Origin: Sulfurimonadaceae bacterium
GTDB lineage: Bacteria; Campylobacterota; Campylobacteria; Campylobacterales; Sulfurimonadaceae
Length of the DNA stretch: 34,981 nucleotides
Assembly: GCA_041562555.1 (NCBI GenBank)
Contig: JBFEXS010000010.1
Coordinates: 1 to 34,981 of the forward strand
Direction: 5' to 3'
Shown in pieces: positions 26,245 to 34,981 of this stretch. Under the pieces are notes generated by a model, which had not been told where the DNA came from, did not search any database, and was given only the letters and a program-made list of their open reading frames with translations. Within the stretch, counting starts at the first letter, position 1, and each line of letters begins with the position of its first letter. The translations under genes were made by a program, and so were the position numbers.

Positions 26245-29070
26245 ATGGCAAAAAAGAAAAAGAAACTGAGCAAATACAATCAGATAATACGCACCTATTT
26301 TGATGGGGACGGTTTTGATGACGGTATCAACAGAGTACACGTCGAGAACCTGATCGAATTAGCCCATCGCATGGGACTGCGTGACCTTTCCACCAGCCAA
26401 GAGAACCTTGTCCGTACCTTTAGACGGCTCTGGTCGGAAGCTGATGTTGAATACCGACAGGAAATAGTCCAATACTTCAAAGAGCTTGGGCATGTCTTTA
26501 CCGGGAATGGTGAGCAGCAATCTGCCAGTGACAAAAGTGAAAAGATTGAAAGCTTTTTGGATCAGTTGAATATTAATGATGAGGAAGCCCAGGCCCTAAG
26601 GGCACACTTTATGCATGAACGTACCAAACGTATCTCACTACCAAAGATGGAAAAAGTCCTATATCAGATGCGGCTGGCCGGTAAACTGCAAATCCTTGAA
26701 AAAAGCTTGGAACTTCATTTTACAGATCAGAACACCTTGGAGTTTTATGCTCCTATCTCCTTTAGCTATGCCGGACAAAACTTTTCAAAGATCATGCAGA
26801 TACGCAGTGAACCCCTTTCCTATACCCTTTTGGAAGAGACGGACATCGATGAGCTCAGACCCTATCTGTATCAGATCAAACAAGAGTGCACTTCCCATAA
26901 ACAGGCTGAAGCGGACACCTTTATCCTAACACTGAAGCAACCTCATCCATATCTCAGCGATGAGGAACTACTCCATGCCCTAAAGACTATGCCTCCTGAC
27001 AATTTTTTTGAGTATACTCCCTTAAGTGAAAAAACACTTCGGGCCGTTTTTTCACGTCATTTTCCCTCCCACTCTCTACAATTAATGGATCATAATCTGA
27101 TTATGCACAAAGAAGAAACCTTTGTTTATGAGGGACATAAGCTCCCTTACGAAGCACTGTCCGAGATAAGCTTGAATGAATTACTTCCAAGAATATGGAA
27201 AGGAGAAAAAATCGATTTTGATGCGGAGTTCAGCCTGCATAACGAGATGATAGAGAACGCCTTCAAAGATGAGCTTGAAGCCCTGATAAAAGAGTGTGAG
27301 GACTCCGCCGCTATCCTGGACTTTGATAGGAGTGAGATCGTAAGTTTTGTCATGGAAGAACTTCAGGGCTACTCCCACGATCTTCATATCTCTTCAAAAA
27401 CAGCTCGCCGTATACTCTTCAATTTCAACCAGAGTATTGAAAAACTCAAACTCAAAAAACAACGAGAGGCTCTGCTCGCTCGTACCATTCGTGATTTCAA
27501 GAATCTCTTTCCAACCGCGAGAGAGCTGCGCCGTAAACTCATTTTTCACGTCGGGCCGACCAATAGTGGTAAGACCTATGCTGCGATGAAAGCCCTTGAG
27601 AAAGCAGACACAGGATATTATCTTGCACCCCTTAGACTCTTAGCCCTTGAAGGTTATGAAAACCTAAAAGCCGACGGTACTGCGGCCTCACTTATCACCG
27701 GGGAAGAACAGATCGTCGACGAATATGCTACACACATCAGTTCAACCATCGAAATGCTCAACTTCAATATCGATGTGGATGTGTGTGTAATTGATGAAGT
27801 ACAGATGCTCTCCGATAGAGACCGCGGCTGGGCCTGGGCGAATGCGATCATAGGCGCTCCAGCCAAAGAAGTCTACATGACGGGTTCTATAGATGCTCTT
27901 GAGGCGATTGAAGCTTTGGCAGAGTGGCTAGGAGAGGAGCTTGAAGTCGTCCATTTTGAACGAAAGAACCCTCTTTCCATCATGAAAAATGCCACTCCAC
28001 TCAATGCAGTGGAACCAAAGACAGCCGTCATAGCCTTTTCACGAAAAGATGTTCTCCAACTTAAACAACAACTCTCACGAAACCACCGGGTCTCTGTTGT
28101 CTACGGGAATCTTTCTCCCGAAGTAAGACGGGAAGAGGCAAGACGCTTCAGAGAAGGAGAGACGGAAGTCTTGGTCGCAACAGATGCTATCTCCATGGGG
28201 CTCAATCTTCCTATTAAGACCATCCTTTTCTCAAAAGACACCAAATTTGACGGAGAGAGCAGACGTACGCTGATCCCATCGGAGGTCATTCAGATCGCCG
28301 GCCGTGCAGGACGGTACGGGATCGAAGAGAAGGGCTATGTCGGGGCTTTAACACCTGCTATCCTGAAAACGGTACATGAACAGTTTCACAAACCCCTAAA
28401 GCCGATAAGTTTGCCGCTGAATGTCATGGCAAACCTTGAACATATTCTTCTGGTAGGTAAAATCCTAGAGACAAACAACCTGGAGGAGATCTTACGTTTT
28501 TTCATCAAACATATGACCTTTGACGGGCCTTTCCGCGTCGCCAACCTTGAAAGCCTGATTGAAATCGCACGTTACACGGACCAGTACGATATCGAGTTAA
28601 GTTCCAAGTACCACATGGCGTGTGCACCCTTATCTACACAATCGCCCTATCTGGTCGAGATATTCTCTTCGTATATCGCACACATGGAGGTACAAAAACC
28701 TATCCCTTATATTGAGAGTAAACTCTATGGCGAGTATGCAGAATCCATGGAGACACTTTTGCATGTAGAGGACCTGGTCAAAGAGGTGTCCCTATACCTA
28801 TGGCTTAATTATCGCTTCCCTGAAATCTTTTTTGAACCGGAGAAAGCTGTCACCGCCCGTGCGAAACTGAATGCCTATATAGAAAAGACACTCAAAAATG
28901 CACAGTTTGTACCTCGCTGCCGCATATGTACCAAACCGCTGGCCCTGGATAGCAAACACGCCATATGTAACAGCTGTTTTCGTAAAAAAAGACATTTAGC
29001 AGGGGAAGAAGGACGATCCTCACGTCCGAACCAAAGAAGGCAGGGCGGTAATAATCGACGAAGGGCCTAA
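26245..29070 (+). CDS. Suv3-like SF2 RNA helicase
   Basis: GPTNSGKT, APLRLLALE, IDEVQM..D.DRGWAW, YG.L.PE.R, ATDAI.MGLNL and QIAGRAGR motifs. Confidence 0.93.
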   Translation: MAKKKKKLSKYNQIIRTYFDGDGFDDGINRVHVENLIELAHRMGLRDLSTSQENLVRTFRRLWSEADVEYRQEIVQYFKELGHVFTGNGEQQSASDKSEKIESFLDQLNINDEEAQALRAHFMHERTKRISLPKMEKVLYQMRLAGKLQILEKSLELHFTDQNTLEFYAPISFSYAGQNFSKIMQIRSEPLSYTLLEETDIDELRPYLYQIKQECTSHKQAEADTFILTLKQPHPYLSDEELLHALKTMPPDNFFEYTPLSEKTLRAVFSRHFPSHSLQLMDHNLIMHKEETFVYEGHKLPYEALSEISLNELLPRIWKGEKIDFDAEFSLHNEMIENAFKDELEALIKECEDSAAILDFDRSEIVSFVMEELQGYSHDLHISSKTARRILFNFNQSIEKLKLKKQREALLARTIRDFKNLFPTARELRRKLIFHVGPTNSGKTYAAMKALEKADTGYYLAPLRLLALEGYENLKADGTAASLITGEEQIVDEYATHISSTIEMLNFNIDVDVCVIDEVQMLSDRDRGWAWANAIIGAPAKEVYMTGSIDALEAIEALAEWLGEELEVVHFERKNPLSIMKNATPLNAVEPKTAVIAFSRKDVLQLKQQLSRNHRVSVVYGNLSPEVRREEARRFREGETEVLVATDAISMGLNLPIKTILFSKDTKFDGESRRTLIPSEVIQIAGRAGRYGIEEKGYVGALTPAILKTVHEQFHKPLKPISLPLNVMANLEHILLVGKILETNNLEEILRFFIKHMTFDGPFRVANLESLIEIARYTDQYDIELSSKYHMACAPLSTQSPYLVEIFSSYIAHMEVQKPIPYIESKLYGEYAESMETLLHVEDLVKEVSLYLWLNYRFPEIFFEPEKAVTARAKLNAYIEKTLKNAQFVPRCRICTKPLALDSKHAICNSCFRKKRHLAGEEGRSSRPNQRRQGGNNRRRA

Positions 29071-29669
29071 TCTAAAAGGTCGCTATAGTCATAACGGTTT
29101 GGGTCAACATAGATTTTCCCCTCTTTTCTGAATACACGTACGTCTTGTCCTATCAACCGCTTAAACCGGTTCTTTATACGTTCTGTTTTAGCCGGTTTGT
29201 AGGCTTTGAGTCTCAAAAATGTTTTCAGTTTTATCGGTTCGCTCTCTATCTCGACGACATCGACAACCTCTTGGGTCGTCTCCTCTCTCTCCTGAGCACT
29301 CATCTTCGGCAGGAACTTCGTCGTGATCGTATGCAGGACCTGCTTTAACTGTTCATCTCGTTCTTTATATATCTGTTCAATTTTCTGTTTTTCAAGCACA
29401 AGCATCTCTTCACGCTGATCCCTCAGCCTGCTGTTTTTCTTTTCGAGCTTTCGTACGCGCTCTTTTAACTGAGTATTTTCCTCTTCGATATAACTGTAGT
29501 ACTTGTCGGGAACGGCCTCTACCTTGGTCTCAGTCGGTTCATCGATCAGGACATACTTCATCCCATGCTCGATCACACAGTCCAGACTTCCCCTGCGAAT
29601 GCGGTTATGGATGGCCTCTTTGGAGACCTTAAACTTTTCAGCTGCTTCGGCTACACTTAATTTTGACAT
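29067..29669 (-). CDS. HTH DNA-binding protein with coiled coil
   Basis: LSVAEAAEKFKVSKEAIHNRIRRGSL excisionase/MerR-like HTH, then a coiled coil; ATG 29669 follows a GAGGGG RBS. Confidence 0.8.
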   Translation of the reverse strand: MSKLSVAEAAEKFKVSKEAIHNRIRRGSLDCVIEHGMKYVLIDEPTETKVEAVPDKYYSYIEEENTQLKERVRKLEKKNSRLRDQREEMLVLEKQKIEQIYKERDEQLKQVLHTITTKFLPKMSAQEREETTQEVVDVVEIESEPIKLKTFLRLKAYKPAKTERIKNRFKRLIGQDVRVFRKEGKIYVDPNRYDYSDLLD

Positions 29670-29671
29670 AC

Positions 29672-30634
29672 TTACCCCTCGTTTATAGTACACATCTGAA
29701 TGAGTGTATCGATCAATCGCATATCAAGATGCTCTTTCATCTCTTTTTTCATCAGACTGATCGCTTCAAAACTTGTCATCGCAGCCTTGTACGAACGTTT
29801 TGTGGTCAATGCATCAAAGACATCGCACACAGCGATTATCCTTGGGAAAAGCGAGATCTGCTTATCTTTTAGTCCATCAGGATATCCCCGGCCATCAAGT
29901 TTCTCATGATGCGAACGAATACCTGATAATACCCGTTTATCCGTTATACCCATATTACGGGCGATATCATACCCGGCTGCAGGATGTTTTTTCATCTGTG
30001 TGAACTCTGCATCCGTCAATTTACCATTTTTATTGATAATTTCCCAACCCACCTTGGACTTTCCCAGGTCATGCATCATAGAAGACATCCCGATATCTTC
30101 AAGGTCTTTATCTTTCAACCCCAAAAACTTGGCAAGACTCAAAGCATAAATGCTCACGTTAATAGAATGGGTATGCGTATAATAATCATGTGCAGCAATT
30201 TTCATAATAGATTCCAATGTCGCCTCGTCCTGAAGCACAAGATTCACAAAGCCGTCAACTATATCCTGACTTTTCTGCATATTTCCCAAAGCATCGGGAT
30301 TCTGAAAAAGTTCGTCCATCACCTCGGAGGCCTTTGAGTAAACAATGTCTGCTTTCTGTTCAAACGGGACATCTTTTTTACTGGCGATTGTCTTTAGGTG
30401 TCTTTGTGCGTACTCTTTGTATTTTTCATAGTCTTCATCCATTACAAACAGACGCTCGACCTCACGAAGACGGACCTTGCAATTGCTATCTATTACACTG
30501 TCACTTTGCAAATAGAGACTCATCTGTGTCTTCGCCTCGTTAGGAACATATACTTCGAATGCCAAATGCTCACCCTCAGTGATAAGCCGTTTGTCAATCG
30601 ACATGTAGCGTTTACTCTTTTTTTCTGCCATCAC
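29672..30634 (-). CDS. HD-GYP phosphodiesterase
   Basis: YT.THS.NV, HDLGK, HHEKLDGRGYP and DVFDALT..RSYK motifs. Confidence 0.93.
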   Translation of the reverse strand: MMAEKKSKRYMSIDKRLITEGEHLAFEVYVPNEAKTQMSLYLQSDSVIDSNCKVRLREVERLFVMDEDYEKYKEYAQRHLKTIASKKDVPFEQKADIVYSKASEVMDELFQNPDALGNMQKSQDIVDGFVNLVLQDEATLESIMKIAAHDYYTHTHSINVSIYALSLAKFLGLKDKDLEDIGMSSMMHDLGKSKVGWEIINKNGKLTDAEFTQMKKHPAAGYDIARNMGITDKRVLSGIRSHHEKLDGRGYPDGLKDKQISLFPRIIAVCDVFDALTTKRSYKAAMTSFEAISLMKKEMKEHLDMRLIDTLIQMCTINEG

Positions 30635-30640
30635 GCTTTC

Positions 30641-31138
30641 CTATCGAAAGTTTTCAAATACAAGCGGCGCGTCCCACTCCATTCCCCTGATATGCTTCAT
30701 CGCTTTTTGAAGGTCATCCAGACTTTTTCCTTTGACCCGAATATGATCTCCCTCAAGCGTTGCAGTCACTTTCATCTTTTGAGACTTAATCTCTGCAACG
30801 ATCTTCTTGGCTTCTTTGGACTCTATATAATCCACTATCTTGAAAACTTTACGACGGTTACCCCCGCTTGAATCTACTACAGAAGCCTCATCCAGGACCT
30901 TTGAACTCAGTTCACGCTTCAACAGACGTCCGATGACGATATCCTCCAAAGCCTCCAGTTTGTTATCACTTGAAGACGTCAATGTCAAGGTTTTTGCTTT
31001 CTCGTTATACTCTATTTCCGCCGTAATACCTTTAAAATCATATCGGTTTACCACCTCTTTTTCTGCCTGGTTTATCGCATCTTTAAAATTTTGCATACTG
31101 ATCTTTGCGGAGATATCAAAGGAGTGTTCTTTTGCCAT
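30641..31138 (-). CDS. yajQ: YajQ family nucleotide/c-di-GMP-binding protein
   Basis: SFDI...NRYDFKG...RVKGK..DDLQ...F.NFR motifs. Confidence 0.93.
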   Translation of the reverse strand: MAKEHSFDISAKISMQNFKDAINQAEKEVVNRYDFKGITAEIEYNEKAKTLTLTSSSDNKLEALEDIVIGRLLKRELSSKVLDEASVVDSSGGNRRKVFKIVDYIESKEAKKIVAEIKSQKMKVTATLEGDHIRVKGKSLDDLQKAMKHIRGMEWDAPLVFENFR

Positions 31139-31281
31139 ACTGTTTACCTAAATTTTCATAATATTCATGAGTTTTTCAATAACTTGTTCACTATTTTACC
31201 AAAGTTTCTTGCAAAATATGTCGGCTGTGTTATAATGTAGAATTATTCCAAACCAACACTTTATTATCAGGGAGTCTCTTT

Positions 31282-33195
31282 ATGTTTAAGAAATTACTCA
31301 AAGATGCCAGTATCAAACAGCGGATCAACTATCTGATTGGACTTGTTACTGTTTCTGTGATCGGTGCAGCACTCTTCGCATTCTTTTCACTCAACAGTAT
31401 CGGGGGACAATATGATGATCTTAACAATCACTCGACTGCAGGGGCAATCCAGACCTTAGAGATCCAAAAAGACCTCAACTATATTTCCCGTACTACCCGA
31501 GACATACTCCTTGGAGGGGATTATGACAAGGACATGCAAAAACTTAGAGACAGAACGGAATCAATCCGAAACAACTTTGACAGACTTGCAGAGACTATCG
31601 ATGACGAAGCTTCATTAAACCTGATTAAAGAAGCAAAACGTACGACCCTGCTCTTTTTGGATAATTCCTACAAGATGATGTCTTCTCTTTCTGCTGAACA
31701 GATCCATAGCAATGTCGATAAGAATTATAAGAAATATAAAGAGACCCTTACCCCTTATGCGAACTCCTCCCGTGATGCCTTTAAAAAAGTGGTCGATTTA
31801 AAAGAGACCGAATTGCTTACGGCCTCTGAGCATATGAACAAAGAACTGACCTTTTATAAATTTTTCTTTCTCGTCAGCGGATTTGTCATCACAGCACTTG
31901 TTGTCATGTTTGCTACCGCTGTTCGTAGCTCGATCACCAGCGCCCTGACAACATTCACTCAGGTCATGGACAAATCAGCCCATGGTGATTTTTCCGAACA
32001 AAAAATTGATGAAAAAGAGGATACCGAACTGGGGCAGATGAATCGTGCGCTACATCAACTCTTGCACCAGGTCTCCTTCTTTATTGAGGAGATCAACGTC
32101 TCTTTCTCGAATGCGACCAAAGGAAATTTTGAACGTTGTATTTCCAAAGAGGGGATGCACGGTGAATTTACTATCGCTATTGAGAACATCTGCGAAAGCC
32201 TTCAGCTGATGAAAGAGCAAGAGGCCAAAAAACGTCGTGATGCCCTCAACACAAAATTAAGTTCACTTGCCGGTAGCGTAATGCAAAGTCTTGTTCGCAT
32301 CCAAGATGACCTCAAAGGCGATATCGATGCACTCAAGGATGTTACTGCCGCCACGAAGAAGGCTGCTACTTTATCCGATGAAAGCCGTAGCGACATTGAA
32401 TCGATTGTCAGTGAGCTTCAGCGTCTAATGGAACACACAGCGAATAATAACGAAGCAATCACTTCCCTGGCTACGCAGGTCGGTGACATCACTTCTGTCA
32501 TCCAGCTTATTACCGATATCGCTGATCAGACCAACCTACTTGCACTGAATGCTGCAATCGAAGCTGCCCGTGCCGGCGAGCACGGACGTGGGTTTGCCGT
32601 CGTTGCCGATGAAGTACGTAAACTGGCGGAACGTACCCATAAGGCAACTTCGGAAATCTCCGTATCGATAAAATCACTTCAACAAGAGATGAATGACATC
32701 CAGACAAGTTCCGAACAGATGAGCAAAGTCGTTGAAAGTTCCAGTGAGAAAATCACTGATTTTGAAAGTACGATGATCGAATTGAATGAGGGCTCCAATA
32801 AAATCGTTGACTACTCTTATGGCATGGAAAACAGCGTCTTTATTGCCCTTGCGAAAATTGATCATATCATCTACAAATCAAAAGCCTACAACACCATCAT
32901 CAATGCGAGACCTGAACTTGAAGTCAGTGATCACAATGCATGTAGACTTGGGAAATGGTATGACGGAGAGGGAACCCGCCGATTCAGCGAAACCCCATCA
33001 TTCAAACTTATACCAGCACCACATAAGATCGTACATGAAAATGCCAATGCAAATGTGGCTTATCTCAGCGATGGCATTGAGGACTCTCACGTGGAAGCAG
33101 GCGATGAGATCGTCAAACGCTTTGAAGAGATGGAAAAAGCAAGTAATGAACTATTCCGTCTTCTGGATGCTATTTTGGCAGAGTCAAAAAGCTAA
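31282..33195 (+). CDS. Methyl-accepting chemotaxis protein with C-terminal CZB domain
   Basis: Two TM segments, helical periplasmic domain, HAMP-like region, [38 protein letters not shown] motif DHII.K...DH..CRLGKWY...H..VH. Confidence 0.93.
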   Translation: MFKKLLKDASIKQRINYLIGLVTVSVIGAALFAFFSLNSIGGQYDDLNNHSTAGAIQTLEIQKDLNYISRTTRDILLGGDYDKDMQKLRDRTESIRNNFDRLAETIDDEASLNLIKEAKRTTLLFLDNSYKMMSSLSAEQIHSNVDKNYKKYKETLTPYANSSRDAFKKVVDLKETELLTASEHMNKELTFYKFFFLVSGFVITALVVMFATAVRSSITSALTTFTQVMDKSAHGDFSEQKIDEKEDTELGQMNRALHQLLHQVSFFIEEINVSFSNATKGNFERCISKEGMHGEFTIAIENICESLQLMKEQEAKKRRDALNTKLSSLAGSVMQSLVRIQDDLKGDIDALKDVTAATKKAATLSDESRSDIESIVSELQRLMEHTANNNEAITSLATQVGDITSVIQLITDIADQTNLLALNAAIEAARAGEHGRGFAVVADEVRKLAERTHKATSEISVSIKSLQQEMNDIQTSSEQMSKVVESSSEKITDFESTMIELNEGSNKIVDYSYGMENSVFIALAKIDHIIYKSKAYNTIINARPELEVSDHNACRLGKWYDGEGTRRFSETPSFKLIPAPHKIVHENANANVAYLSDGIEDSHVEAGDEIVKRFEEMEKASNELFRLLDAILAESKS

Positions 33196-33203
33196 TTGCC
33201 TCT

Positions 33204-33944
33204 TTAGAACATAGGGGCACCGAAATCCGGTGTCCCGTCAAAACCCTGATTCCCCTGAAATCCCATTCCCGAACCAAAGTTTGGATCCATAAAACCGAAT
33301 ATACCGCTCTTACCTCTTAGCATCGCGATATCTTGTTTGGGTGCTATTCCTTGAGGACATACCGGCACACACTCATTGCATAGCGTACAATCCCAAATCC
33401 CATTTTGCTGGATAGCCTCAATCTTCTCTTTAGTGTCTTGCTCCCGTATATCTGCAACATATCTCCATGAACGTGTCAAGGCAAAAGGACCGATAAACGA
33501 TTCATTCACGGCATAGACAGGACAGGCAGAATAACATGAACCGCAAAGAATACAATCACTCTGCAACTCATTGACTTCCGAAGCTTCTAACGAGACATCC
33601 ACATTGTCACTGTTCTCACTTCCCCAAGCCTTGGCGACCTTGTTAAATTGCAGCATTTTCTCAGTATCCACAACTAAATCACGTATGACAGGTACATTCT
33701 TCAGCGGTTCTATAAGATCCCCATCATCAAGCTTATACGCACATGCCAACTCTTCCGTACCATTTACCCGCACGGCACAGGAACCGCACACGCCGGAACG
33801 ACATCCGGAAGCAAAACTCAAACTGGCATCTATCTTCGTCTTGATGTAATTCAATGCTTCCAACAGTGTGGCGTTCTCAAAAGGAAGTTCATAACCGAGG
33901 GTTTCTTCTTTCCCCTGTATAAACCGTTTAATACTTATCTTCAT
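33204..33944 (-). CDS. Succinate dehydrogenase/fumarate reductase iron-sulfur subunit
   Basis: CRSGVCGSC...C, CILCGSCYSACP and CTLCNECVPVCP motifs; downstream of the flavoprotein. Confidence 0.92.
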   Translation of the reverse strand: MKISIKRFIQGKEETLGYELPFENATLLEALNYIKTKIDASLSFASGCRSGVCGSCAVRVNGTEELACAYKLDDGDLIEPLKNVPVIRDLVVDTEKMLQFNKVAKAWGSENSDNVDVSLEASEVNELQSDCILCGSCYSACPVYAVNESFIGPFALTRSWRYVADIREQDTKEKIEAIQQNGIWDCTLCNECVPVCPQGIAPKQDIAMLRGKSGIFGFMDPNFGSGMGFQGNQGFDGTPDFGAPMF

Positions 33945-33956
33945 CTGTATTCCTGT

Positions 33957-34121
33957 CTAGTCACAATAGTCGCGTTCATATTCATCATCATTGTATTCAT
34001 CTTCCCAGTCATCCTCAGGCTGAAAATAGTCATCTTCCTCATCAAACTCATCCTCTAGCTCCTGAGGATCAAGCTGCGTCTTACGTTCACCGTTCATCTC
34101 TTTTATATAAAATCCAGACAT
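33957..34121 (-). CDS. Small highly acidic protein (about 54 aa)
   Basis: ATG 34121 after GAGGAAGG; MSGFYIKEMNGERKTQLDPQELEDEFDEEDD...YERDYCD; fills the gap between the A and B subunit genes. Confidence 0.6.
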   Translation of the reverse strand: MSGFYIKEMNGERKTQLDPQELEDEFDEEDDYFQPEDDWEDEYNDDEYERDYCD

Positions 34122-34981
34122 AACTGACCTTCCTCTTTCCATGTTATTGTATGGGCAGCAAAATTCTCATCATCTTTTTGAGGTACATCTTCACGGTAAT
34201 GCGCCCCTCGACTCTCATTACGACTGATCGCACCCAAAAGAAGTACCTCTGAGAGTTCCAAGACATTCGAGAAAGCCAAGAACTCCGTCAGATTGGTATT
34301 ATAGACCTGTGACTTATCCTGAGGTCCCATCAATGGAAGCTCCTGCTGTATCAGGCGTACCTCTTCCAACAGCTCTTCCAGATCGGACTCATTACGTTTG
34401 ATCCCGGCCTTGTTGTAAAAAGCGCTCCCCAGGCTACTGCGTTTGTCATAAAAGTTGATCTCTGTCTCATAAGCCTTGATTGATTCGATCAGGGCCTGAT
34501 CTGCTTTGAGCTGTCGGTCATCAATGCCTATTTCCTCACATCGAGACGCATAATATGCAGCCTCTTCCCCGGCCTGACGTCCAAATACTACGAGTTCGAG
34601 CAAAGAGTTGCCGCCTAAGCGGTTTGCACCGTGCACCTTATGGTTTGCAGCTTCACCCGCAGCAAACAGCCCCTTTACTGAACTCATGGAGTGCTCATCC
34701 ACATCAATACCGCCCATCGTATAATGGGCGACAGGTTTAATCGGGATAAGATCGATGACGGGATCGACACCCTCATAGGTGATTGCCAGTTTACGCTCTT
34801 GAGGAAGTTCATGCTCGATCAATTCCTCTCCGAGATGGCGGATGTCCAGATAGACCTCGCCTCCTCTTTCGATCTCTTCCGAGATCGCACGGGCAACCAC
34901 ATCACGGGGAGCCAGCTCATCGGTAAAGCGCTCTTTATTGGCATTCAACAGGTGTCCACCCGCACCACGAGCTGATTCAGA
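34103..34981 (-). CDS. SdhA/FrdA-family flavoprotein subunit, 3' part (5' end outside the window)
   Basis: Frame is open to the window edge: SESARGAGG, LAPRDVVAR, AHYTMGG, HGANRLGGNSL and R.ESRGAH.R.D motifs. Confidence 0.92.
   Translation of the reverse strand, partial: SESARGAGGHLLNANKERFTDELAPRDVVARAISEEIERGGEVYLDIRHLGEELIEHELPQERKLAITYEGVDPVIDLIPIKPVAHYTMGGIDVDEHSMSSVKGLFAAGEAANHKVHGANRLGGNSLLELVVFGRQAGEEAAYYASRCEEIGIDDRQLKADQALIESIKAYETEINFYDKRSSLGSAFYNKAGIKRNESDLEELLEEVRLIQQELPLMGPQDKSQVYNTNLTEFLAFSNVLELSEVLLLGAISRNESRGAHYREDVPQKDDENFAAHTITWKEEGQLCLDFI

Noticed and set aside
29067..29669. Phage excisionase
   Set aside because: The HTH is fused to a long coiled coil in a housekeeping context with no integrase.
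1..34981. CRISPR array, IS element, integrase or prophage
   Set aside because: No regularly spaced repeats, transposase, recombinase or phage genes were seen, and the intergenic gaps are all short.
34103..34981. L-aspartate oxidase NadB
   Set aside because: The motif is RLGGNSL rather than RLASNSL, and an Fe-S subunit gene follows.

Overview
This is chromosomal DNA from a Campylobacterota bacterium, probably a free-living Sulfurimonas/Sulfurovum-like organism (inferred from protein sequences and gene order). It begins at the start of the S10 ribosomal operon (partial rplC, rpsJ) and is mostly housekeeping: an ATPase, tRNA-Gly(TCC), mscS, NFACT/RqcH, leuC, moaC, dapF, coaE, a Suv3-like helicase, yajQ and an SdhA/FrdA plus Fe-S pair. 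Envelope and signalling genes are interspersed. I found no CRISPR array, transposase, integrase or prophage. The best candidate for an undescribed system is a coupled lipoprotein-response regulator-histidine kinase operon followed by an OprC-like (CxxxM...HxM) copper TonB-dependent receptor, where both promoters share a 10-bp box at the same distance from a -10 element. Other candidates are an apparently anchorless Sdh/Frd pair with an inserted acidic microprotein, a yajQ/HD-GYP/HTH operon, and an accessory lipoprotein plus beta-barrel pair next to the tRNA. All family calls come from motif recognition by eye; no database search was run.
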